From contig JBEPUC010000018.1 in assembly GCA_041691675.1 (NCBI GenBank), positions 1,363-65,362 of the forward strand: 64,000 bases of DNA, given 5' to 3'. The stretch's first letter is position 1. The number at the start of each line of letters is the position of its first letter. This stretch comes from Hyphomicrobiales bacterium (GTDB taxonomy: Bacteria > Pseudomonadota > Alphaproteobacteria > Rhizobiales > Xanthobacteraceae). Position numbers and translations under genes: made by a program. Below, piece by piece: positions 50,911 to 58,085 of the stretch. The notes under the pieces were generated by a model. The model was not told the origin of the DNA. It saw nothing but the letters and a program-made list of their open reading frames with translations, and ran no database searches.

Positions 50911-51391
50911 CAGTCTGTCTTTCAGTGAGCTCAGAGCCTACCCTTTAGAGGATGAGCTAACAAAGACTGGAAAGTGAAGTTAAGCGGCGAAAATTGAAAA
51001 ATTGTTGGCGGCTAAAAACTAGTTTCGCGACCACACCCTGGCGGGCTTTCTACACGTGAATTATTTCGCGCCTTATCACATGAAGTGGCACCTCATTCTT
51101 AGCAGTCAACAATCTTTCAAAGTACACCGTCTCGCATCCCCATGAAGTCGCCAGTCGTCAGGGCTAAGACGTTGCTGGCGATTGGAGGGGAAACGAGAAT
51201 AGGATGGGTTTTTACCGTGCGAGCATCCTTGAGAGCACGTCTACGCTTGTTGTAGAACGAATTAGAGCCACTCCCATTTAAGGAAGCGGCTCGTATTCGG
51301 AATGATTGTACGAGATGTACCCAGAAATTATAACACATGGTGTTACGGCCTCAGGGCACAGTACGTTATGTACAGTCTCGATTGTCATTCC
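50911..51391 (-). ncRNA. Candidate large structured ncRNA (~480 nt)
   Basis: At least 8 contiguous helices found by eye, G-U wobbles favouring the minus strand, a possible pseudoknot, and an extended -10 promoter placing +1 at the first helix. Confidence 0.6.
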
Positions 51392-51396
51392 TACTA

Positions 51397-51405
51397 ATAT
51401 TACCA
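51397..51405 (-). promoter_or_regulatory. Extended -10 promoter (TG-G-TAATAT)
   Basis: Minus-strand TGGTAATAT ends 5-6 nt before GGAATGA at 51391. Confidence 0.55.
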
Positions 51406-51610
51406 CAGTTTCATGCGTCCATCATCATGGGTGTGGATAATGGATCGTGGCCGCGAGCTTGATGCTCCGAAAGCCATGTATGATGAAGCGATCGCAAGAG
51501 CTGCCTTTGGGAAAGGGCGGCTTTTTGCTTGTCCCATAGGCTGCGAATCACCAACATGCACGCTAAGGTGTAGGGAGATAAGGGAGAATACTGTGCCACC
51601 CGCGCAATCT

Positions 51611-51934
51611 ATGAAAGATTCAACCCTCGACGATCTCACATCAGCTCTATGCGAGGCGCCGACCAGCCAAAAGCATTGGAATGCTAAAGCGGAATTCTCC
51701 CGGCGGCAATTCGAAGACCAGAAGGAAACGTCGAGGTATCAAATCATGGCGGCTGAGGCAGAGGTTAAGGCGGCAAACGCTGCGACACTAGCTGCGGATG
51801 CAGCGGTTAAAGCAACACAGGCCGCCGAGAGAAATGCAAGATACATGCTGGCGTCTGTCGTTGTTGCGGCACTTGCAGCAGTCGCGTCTGCTGTGTCAGC
51901 CCTAGCGACGGTCCACCCTGCATTATTCAAGTAG
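51611..51934 (+). CDS. Ala-rich coiled-coil protein with a C-terminal TM
   Basis: ATG after a GGGAG RBS region; AAEAEVKAANAATLAA and YMLASVVVAALAAV. Confidence 0.6.
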   Translation: MKDSTLDDLTSALCEAPTSQKHWNAKAEFSRRQFEDQKETSRYQIMAAEAEVKAANAATLAADAAVKATQAAERNARYMLASVVVAALAAVASAVSALATVHPALFK

Positions 51935-51980
51935 ATGCAATAGCGACGGAGTGGGTTCTGAAAGGCTTCCAGGTGCTGCA

Positions 51981-52175
51981 ATGAACAAGCTCGCCATACT
52001 GCCCAATGTCACTATCGTAGCCATGAACGGGATGCTTAATCTCTTCCATGCAATAGATGAATGCAAAACGCTTGAAGAAGCGAAACCACTCATCATCAAG
52101 GCGGTGGGTTTAGTCGACTTCGTTTTGGCGCAGGCTCGGGAGGCCGTTTTGGAAGACGGCCCCACGCGCCACTAA
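51981..52175 (+). CDS. 64-aa helical hypothetical protein, homologous to 40018-40206
   Basis: Shared LPx(I/V)TI...(D/E)EA(R/K)..I..A......V...AR.A pattern. Confidence 0.6.
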   Translation: MNKLAILPNVTIVAMNGMLNLFHAIDECKTLEEAKPLIIKAVGLVDFVLAQAREAVLEDGPTRH

Positions 52176-52352
52176 CCAAGCCCCCAGGGGGCTCAGCAAC
52201 GGCCCTGCCAGATTCAATTTAATTTCTCTCTCCGCACGTTCCCAGTGCTCTTTTTCTTTATCCTCCGGCTGGCCTTCCTCGTTCCAAATTTCAAAGGCAC
52301 GCTGGCGGATGCGATTTTCTAAAATACGGCTCTCTAATTCATCGTCATTCAT
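52110..52352 (-). CDS. DUF2934 family protein
   Basis: IRQRAFEIWNEEGQPEDKEKEHWERAERE. Confidence 0.85.
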   Translation of the reverse strand: MNDDELESRILENRIRQRAFEIWNEEGQPEDKEKEHWERAEREIKLNLAGPLLSPLGAWLVARGAVFQNGLPSLRQNEVD

Positions 52353-52423
52353 GGTCTCTACCTCCATTGCCCCAACCAGCCACACAGGACCTTGTTCCAT
52401 TACAAATAGATTGCGCTTCTTTG

Positions 52424-52981
52424 CTAGTGCTTTTTGATCGCGGCAACTACGCTCGGCATGAGGACGGCGGCAATCCTGGCATGAGACGCGGCAGTGAGAT
52501 GATGCCCATCCGCCTGATAATTTGAGCCTCCACTTCGCATTGGCCCTAAAATCCGCTGGTATGGCGCGACTATTGGCTTTGCCCCATGCGCCCGGATTGC
52601 GCTTATAATTCTGGCCTTATTAGCGTTTATGCTCCCTTCCGAACCGCCGCGCTTCCTGTCGTTATCTCCTCCAGTATCGAAAATCACAACGCGCGTTCCT
52701 GCTGAAATATTTGAAGCCCTGCTCAGCACTCCGCCGCTTGTGTCGCCATTCAGGGCGTTCACGCTCACCGTCACGTCATACCCCTTCGCCCGCAACATAC
52801 GCTCAAGCTGCGCTGGCCATGCTTCCGATGTAGAAACACCCCTGCCGTTGGTATTGCTTGCGCCGAGAGCCAATATCTTAACTGTCTCAGCACGAGCCAC
52901 GCCCGGCCCACCAAGCGCGAATAATCCAACGAACAGCACAGCAGTTAGCAGATGTCTTTTAGAATGCCCCTTTTGCACCAC
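52424..52981 (-). CDS. Exported SGNH/GDSL hydrolase
   Basis: LALGASNT block I, NALNGDTS, DTGGDND and DGHH block V. Confidence 0.85.
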   Translation of the reverse strand: MVQKGHSKRHLLTAVLFVGLFALGGPGVARAETVKILALGASNTNGRGVSTSEAWPAQLERMLRAKGYDVTVSVNALNGDTSGGVLSRASNISAGTRVVIFDTGGDNDRKRGGSEGSINANKARIISAIRAHGAKPIVAPYQRILGPMRSGGSNYQADGHHLTAASHARIAAVLMPSVVAAIKKH

Positions 52982-53238
52982 ACCCTCCCGGTCCTAATTG
53001 GATAATGACGCCTGTATCCGGCTTGCCGATATTCGATATCGAATGCACACAAAAAGCAACGCACACGTATAAGAATAAATTAGATTGCGCCGAGTTGAAC
53101 GGCGGTCGCCCCGAACAAGTCACCAGACATATGCACCCTGATTTTCACAGGTCGAGGGAATCGGACTCCTGTTGTTCGGTTGCTTCCGAGGGTAATAAGA
53201 AGCTAGCGACGTGCCCACCAATCCTGCTTCATTGTATC

Positions 53239-53406
53239 TTAATAAAAGCCAAGCTTGTGCAGTTGGTGCTGCACAAGTCTATTGAAATCCTCTGCCCGCA
53301 TTTTTGCCTCATGAAACATCGGATCGCTATTCTGACCGTAAAGTATTAACTCGTCGAAAATCACGAACGTCACGAACAGCACTAAGAGGGCCATTAGTGT
53401 CCTCAT
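53239..53406 (-). CDS. 55-aa membrane-anchored peptide
   Basis: MRTLMALLVLFVTFVIFDELILYGQNSDPMFHEAKMRAEDFNRLVQHQLHKLGFY; RBS GGAGGT. Confidence 0.6.
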   Translation of the reverse strand: MRTLMALLVLFVTFVIFDELILYGQNSDPMFHEAKMRAEDFNRLVQHQLHKLGFY

Positions 53407-53474
53407 CCCCACCTCCCCTTGCGGCTCCTAGCCCCGAAGTATGACGGTCGGGGATAGTTTGCCGAAAGACGATT

Positions 53475-54044
53475 TTAGAACGCTGGCTCATTCTCCGCTA
53501 GCGGCTCTGTATCTTTGCTGTGCGAAATATCGGACTGTGCAGTATCGAACGGATTTTCGCCTGAAAAGAGAGCATCTAGGTTGATAGGCTTCTCTTTATA
53601 AGCCTGGAGTACTTCCGGGGGCGTCTCCTTGGCCGGTGACGGCACGACGCTGTACTCAGTCTCCAACGCTTCGCCTTTGCGGTTTATCGTAATGCTGTAC
53701 TGGCGAGGGTCGCCCCAGTCCTCGTTATTAATAAGTTCCTGGATCGCCGATTGTATCGTGGCCTGAGTAAGCTGGAGTATCTCAACAGCCTTGGTGTCGA
53801 AGTTCCACACCACAAATGCCCAGAAATGCTTTTGCGGCCAACCCTTGTTTAAGTCCGCATCAGCAGGAACAACCGTCCACATCTGCTTGGCACGAACCGG
53901 CTTGCCATCCTCATTCCAGTATTGCCACCCCATGACCGGAGCCGAAAGCACACGAAATTTGTTTGCGCCTGTGCGGAGCTTCATGTAGCCGCCGCCGCTT
54001 GATTTAGGAACCTCGTAACCCTCCGGCAAAAATCCTGTATCCAT
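53475..54044 (-). CDS. Phage SSB/annealing-like protein
   Basis: YMKLRTGANKFRVLS, HFWAFVVWN, WGDPRQYSITINRKG and an acidic tail ending in Phe. Confidence 0.6.
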   Translation of the reverse strand: MDTGFLPEGYEVPKSSGGGYMKLRTGANKFRVLSAPVMGWQYWNEDGKPVRAKQMWTVVPADADLNKGWPQKHFWAFVVWNFDTKAVEILQLTQATIQSAIQELINNEDWGDPRQYSITINRKGEALETEYSVVPSPAKETPPEVLQAYKEKPINLDALFSGENPFDTAQSDISHSKDTEPLAENEPAF

Positions 54045-54231
54045 AAATTATTTTGTTATCTGCTAATTATCATCGGCGTACCGATTGCTATCTTTTAATA
54101 CCCTGCCTTCCTCACCATCCCACCACTTATTTTCCATTTCAATCATCGAGCGTAGAGTACCTCGGTTGTGAGCGTTTAATTTTATTCCCGTCTTCTCCTT
54201 GTAAGCTGCAATTTCCTCTTCCACCGTCATG

Positions 54232-54414
54232 CTAGAAACTCATCATATCGTTGATAAGGGCGCGGTAGTTTCCACGCGCAAGCATCAATCGACCACGCGC
54301 TGCTTTGACCTTTAGCTCTCCTCTCTCACGTAGGGCTTGGGCCTTTGCAAACTCGCTCACTGCCTCGCCCTCCTCTTTGAGGGCGGCCTCTAGTTCTTCC
54401 GCTTTCGGTTTCAT
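54232..54414 (-). CDS. Small phage-like hypothetical protein
   Basis: Helical ORF in the leftward operon. Confidence 0.5.
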   Translation of the reverse strand: MKPKAEELEAALKEEGEAVSEFAKAQALRERGELKVKAARGRLMLARGNYRALINDMMSF

Positions 54415-54419
54415 ATTAA

Positions 54420-54617
54420 TTATGCGCACCAGCGGGAGAAATTGATATCCAACGATTTCAACGCCTCAGCAGCCAACTCTTGCGCGTTTGCCGCACCGTC
54501 AGCTATTTCTTTTAATACCTTGCAATGAAGCTCATCCTCGGCGCCATGCGCATTTTCGTCGTCGCTTTTATTCGCTTCTATCAGCGTGAGTATCTGACGT
54601 ACATCTGTGACTTCCAT
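54420..54617 (-). CDS. Small phage-like hypothetical protein
   Basis: DDENAHGAEDELH...FSRWCA, a phage-type small ORF. Confidence 0.6.
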   Translation of the reverse strand: MEVTDVRQILTLIEANKSDDENAHGAEDELHCKVLKEIADGAANAQELAAEALKSLDINFSRWCA

Positions 54618-54690
54618 ATAATTGTTACTCTATTCCGCATCCGCTGCTTATCAAAAGCAGATACGGAGCAGAGAAGATAAGCTTATAAAT

Positions 54691-54873
54691 CTACTGGGGA
54701 ATAAAGAGCCCCGCCCCTGATGCAAACTCTACGCCTATCAAGACGTACATCGTGATGATGGATAGTGTTGCAAGGAACGCTAGGAGCAGCCTGCGCCCCG
54801 CCCCGTACTTCTTCTCTCGATAGTCGGCGGCAATGGTGTTGCGGCCGATACCTTCAATATATTTCATATGCAA
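54691..54873 (-). CDS. Small membrane protein, first gene of the leftward operon
   Basis: One TM segment. Confidence 0.5.
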   Translation of the reverse strand: MHMKYIEGIGRNTIAADYREKKYGAGRRLLLAFLATLSIITMYVLIGVEFASGAGLFIPQ

Positions 54874-55000
54874 TGTGAGTAAGTTTGTAATGGCGGCTCG
54901 ACCGGTCCGCTACACCAAATCTACCATGCCCTAGAATTGGTGCAATGCGACTTATCCCCACCCGACACCGCGACACATTTGGATGTGATATACTGAGAGC

Positions 55001-55144
55001 ATGGCAAAGAAAACGAAGAAGACGAAGCCGACGTATCAAGTGCGCTTATCAGAGGAACATTACGAGCTAATTAGACGCAAAGCCTTTCGCGCTCACAGGC
55101 CGATGACCGCGATACTAGAAGAGATAATTGCCGCGAAGGCATGA
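55001..55144 (+). CDS. 47-aa ribbon-helix-helix-like regulator
   Basis: MAKKTKKTKPTYQVRLSEEHYELIRRKAFRAHRPMTAILEEIIAAKA; not in the ORF track. Confidence 0.7.
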   Translation: MAKKTKKTKPTYQVRLSEEHYELIRRKAFRAHRPMTAILEEIIAAKA

Positions 55145-55239
55145 GAGGAGATACAGGCGACATAGTTGCATTTTGGCTCTTCGTTTCAGTCTTAGTGTCG
55201 CTCGTTATTTTCGACATCTGGTGTTTTTTCGTACTATGA
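55141..55239 (+). CDS. 32-aa TM peptide
   Basis: ATGA overlaps with both neighbours; hydrophobic. Confidence 0.55.
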   Translation: MRGDTGDIVAFWLFVSVLVSLVIFDIWCFFVL

Positions 55240-55364
55240 CCAACCGCCCTTGCTTAAAATGCAAAGAAATAACGTTCCAAGAACGTCGCCCTTACGGCAA
55301 AGACTTTTATCAATGGTTCTGCTCCCGCTGCCAAAAGACAGCGTGGGTCGCCAAGATTGTATGA
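55236..55364 (+). CDS. 42-aa Zn-ribbon protein
   Basis: CLKC...CSRC; ATGA-coupled on both sides. Confidence 0.6.
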   Translation: MTNRPCLKCKEITFQERRPYGKDFYQWFCSRCQKTAWVAKIV

Positions 55365-55630
55365 GCATACTCACTCTCAAGGACCGACTTGCCCGCTATC
55401 TCCGCAAGAACAATGATTGGATCGCTTCGGGCGACATCCAACGCATTGTCGCTGAGAAGACAACTTACTCGCCGCAAAATGTCGGTCGCAGAATGCGGGA
55501 GTTACAGAATGAGGGTGTCGTGGAGGTCAAGTACGTGAAAAACCATGCGCACTATCGGTTCAAGCTCCAAGAAACTTGGGAGCAGAAGAACGCGCGGGCT
55601 GTGCGGATGTTTGAGCAAATGCCGGGATAA
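55361..55630 (+). CDS. Winged-helix-like DNA-binding protein
   Basis: IASGDIQRIV...SPQNVGRRMRELQNEGVVEV. Confidence 0.6.
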   Translation: MSILTLKDRLARYLRKNNDWIASGDIQRIVAEKTTYSPQNVGRRMRELQNEGVVEVKYVKNHAHYRFKLQETWEQKNARAVRMFEQMPG

Positions 55631-55855
55631 AAAGAGACCGCCCACTCAGGCGGTCACAAAAAGAAGCCCCGGCGATTTGACCGGGGCTTCCCAGTTTTGC
55701 CCGAGGCTCAGACTTTATCCCGGGTGCGGTCATCATAGGTGTCGGGTGATTAGGGAGTGCTGAATCCGAGGGAACGGAAGAATTTAAATGGCTAGCCAAT
55801 GGCTAACAAAGAAGATATTTTAATGTAATCAATAACTTAGTCCGGGTATCGATCT

Positions 55856-55896
55856 GATTTTAAGTCCGGTCTGTCTACCAATTCCAGCACGTCCGC
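55856..55896 (-). pseudogene. 5' half of tRNA-Leu left at the host-side attachment site
   Basis: Identical to 42009-42049; diverges right after the anticodon loop. Confidence 0.9.
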
Positions 55897-55951
55897 ATGT
55901 CGCTTCATCATCCGCTCGCACGGATGGAAGTCCGGCGCGCGGCTTATCAAT

Positions 55952-56404
55952 TTATTTCGGTAATAACGAGCCCCATACTTCGTCCCAGTCCTTGCCGGAC
56001 GGGTCGGTGACGCGGCCGTCTTTCTCATAGAACTTGTTCGGTATCTGGAAGATCGCAACGAACATGCCGCCGTTGGGCGACCACGCCGAATGCCGGCTGC
56101 CGGGCGGACGCCAGACGAACTCGCCGGCGCCGACCTCGATGCCGGCGTCGGGACCTTCCTTGTCCACCAGCGAGCCTTCCAGGACATACGTCTGCTCGAT
56201 CAGGACGTGTTCGTGGTCGGGCAATTCGGCACCGGGCTCCATCTTGAACAGTAGCGTCGCTAGCCCGCTCTTGGGATCGAACATCAGCGTCTTGGTCTGA
56301 CAGCCGGGAAAGCGCGACGTCTGCCACGGCATATCCTTGGCGCGCACGACGCGCGAGAGCAGGTCAACGGCCCCGGCTTTTTCAGTATCTGCCTTGACGT
56401 TCAT
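55952..56404 (-). CDS. ChrR-like cupin
   Basis: LPDHEHVLIEQTYVLEG and WRPPGSRHSAWSP. Confidence 0.85.
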   Translation of the reverse strand: MNVKADTEKAGAVDLLSRVVRAKDMPWQTSRFPGCQTKTLMFDPKSGLATLLFKMEPGAELPDHEHVLIEQTYVLEGSLVDKEGPDAGIEVGAGEFVWRPPGSRHSAWSPNGGMFVAIFQIPNKFYEKDGRVTDPSGKDWDEVWGSLLPK

Positions 56405-56486
56405 CGCCCTGCTCCCTGTCCGTCCGCCCGCCTTTCCGTAAGGTCGCCGGTCAGACCGCACTCTGACAAGACTATGCCAATTGCGG

Positions 56487-57479
56487 CTACTTGCCCAACG
56501 TAATGTGGGCCTGCTCGACGATCTTGCCGAATTTGACGGTTTCCGATTGCACGAATGTCTTGAATTCGGCGGCGGACATCGCCTTCGGCACAATGCCCTG
56601 CGGCAACAGCTTGCCGGAAATCGACGGCTCCTTGAGTCCCGCATTGACGATGCCGTTGAGGCGATCGACGATCGCGGGCGGCGTGCCGGCTGTCGCAAAC
56701 ATGCCGAACCAGTTGAGCAGTTCATAGCCGGCCAGTCCGGGCGAGCCTTCGCTCAAGGGCGGCACGTCGGGCAGTTGCGGCATGCGCTCGCGCGAGGTCA
56801 CGGCGACGGCCCGGATCTTGTCCGCCTTGATCAGCGGCAGCGCCGCCGCCAGGCTGGAGAAGCTCATCGTTACTGCGCCCGACGCCACATCGGTGACGGC
56901 CGGCGCCGAACCGCGATACGGCACATGCAGAACGTTGGTGCCGGCCATTGAATTCATCAGCTCGCCGGCCAACTGCTGCGGATTGCCGACGCCGGATGAG
57001 GAGAACGACAGCTTGCCGGCATTTGCCTTGGCGTAAGCGATCAGTTCCTTCGGATTGTGGACCGGCGTATTGACCGACACGACGACGACACACGGCACGA
57101 TGCCGATCAACGCCACTGGCGTGAGTTCGCGCGCCGGATCGTAGGACATCTTGTCCTTGAACAGATGCTGGTTGATCGCAACCTCACCGGAGGCGGCCAT
57201 CAGCAGGCTGTAGCCGTCGGGCGCCGCCTTCGCGACGGTGTTGCTGGCGATCATGGCGCTCGCGCCGGTGCGATTGTCGACGATCACCGGCTGGCCGAGA
57301 GCCGCCTTCATCGGTTCGCCCAGGAGACGCGCGACGATATCGACTCCGCCGCCGGCGGCGTAACCGACGATGATGTGGATCGGGCGATCGGCATAGCCGT
57401 TTTGTGCAACAGCAGGATTGCTCAGCCCGGCCGCCGCGGCGGATGCCGCCGTAACGAGAAAGTCACGCCTGTTCAACAT
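56487..57479 (-). CDS. Bug/TctC family periplasmic binding protein (Tat signal)
   Basis: NRRDFL, AAGGGVD, DNRTGA, VPYRGS and NWFG. Confidence 0.9.
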   Translation of the reverse strand: MLNRRDFLVTAASAAAAGLSNPAVAQNGYADRPIHIIVGYAAGGGVDIVARLLGEPMKAALGQPVIVDNRTGASAMIASNTVAKAAPDGYSLLMAASGEVAINQHLFKDKMSYDPARELTPVALIGIVPCVVVVSVNTPVHNPKELIAYAKANAGKLSFSSSGVGNPQQLAGELMNSMAGTNVLHVPYRGSAPAVTDVASGAVTMSFSSLAAALPLIKADKIRAVAVTSRERMPQLPDVPPLSEGSPGLAGYELLNWFGMFATAGTPPAIVDRLNGIVNAGLKEPSISGKLLPQGIVPKAMSAAEFKTFVQSETVKFGKIVEQAHITLGK

Positions 57480-57526
57480 CCAACGCTCCCCTGTGTTTTT
57501 ATGCAGTTCTTCGTCTATTCCGTTAT

Positions 57527-58033
57527 TCAATCGCCGCCTTCGCGGATCGGCGGCACAAAAGCAAGGCCGGTATCCCACGGAAAATAGATCCAGGTATCCT
57601 GCGACACTTCGGTGATGAACGTATCGACCAGCGGCCGCCCCATCGGCTTGGCGTAGACGGTGGCGAAATGCGCCGCCGGCAAAATCTCACGCACCACGCG
57701 CGCGGTCTTGCCGGTATCGACCAGATCGTCGACGATAAGAACGCCCTTGCCGGCCGCGCGCATCGCCATGACTTCCGCGCCGATGCCCTTCATCACCTTG
57801 ATGTCGCCCTGGTTCTTGTAGTTCTGATAGCTGGCGATGCAGATCGTCTCGATGATGCGCACGTTGAGCTCACGCGCCACGATCGCCGCTGGCACCAGCC
57901 CGCCGCGGGTGATGCAGACGATGGCCTCGAACGGCCCGGCTTCATGCAGCCGCCAGGTCAGCGCACGGGTGTCGCGGTGAAACTGGTCCCACGACACGGG
58001 AAACATTTTTTCGGGGCGGGCGGCGTCGGCCAT
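57527..58033 (-). CDS. gpt: Xanthine phosphoribosyltransferase
   Basis: [25 protein letters not shown] and WIYFPWD. Confidence 0.93.
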   Translation of the reverse strand: MADAARPEKMFPVSWDQFHRDTRALTWRLHEAGPFEAIVCITRGGLVPAAIVARELNVRIIETICIASYQNYKNQGDIKVMKGIGAEVMAMRAAGKGVLIVDDLVDTGKTARVVREILPAAHFATVYAKPMGRPLVDTFITEVSQDTWIYFPWDTGLAFVPPIREGGD

Positions 58034-58085
58034 GGCTCTTTCCGTTCGATGATTGCTTCGTTGCGCGGGTGATTGACGCGATCGG

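Larger units (their letters stand above)
42009..55896. mobile_element. Element 2: low-GC integrative element (phage/mobilisable hybrid) inserted via the 5' half of tRNA-Leu
   Basis: 41-bp direct repeat at 42009-42049 and 55856-55896; 20-bp repeat at 42150-42169 and 55788-55807; IHF-like sites; integrase stub at the left end. Confidence 0.9.

Noticed and set aside
51117-51338. 73-aa minus-strand ORF inside the structured region
   Set aside because: No RBS or recognisable motif. It cuts across helices and is more simply explained as incidental, though not excluded.
50911-51391. Identity of the structured region as RNase P, tmRNA, group I/II intron, hammerhead or IscB omega-RNA
   Set aside because: GGAAAGTG lacks the RNase P CR-I continuation; no tRNA-like ends; the GAGCCG hairpin lacks the domain V bulge; CTGACGA has no matching GAAA core; no IscB/TnpB gene nearby.
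53005-53349. 114-aa plus-strand ORF
   Set aside because: No motif, and it overlaps a better-supported minus-strand 55-aa gene with a strong RBS.
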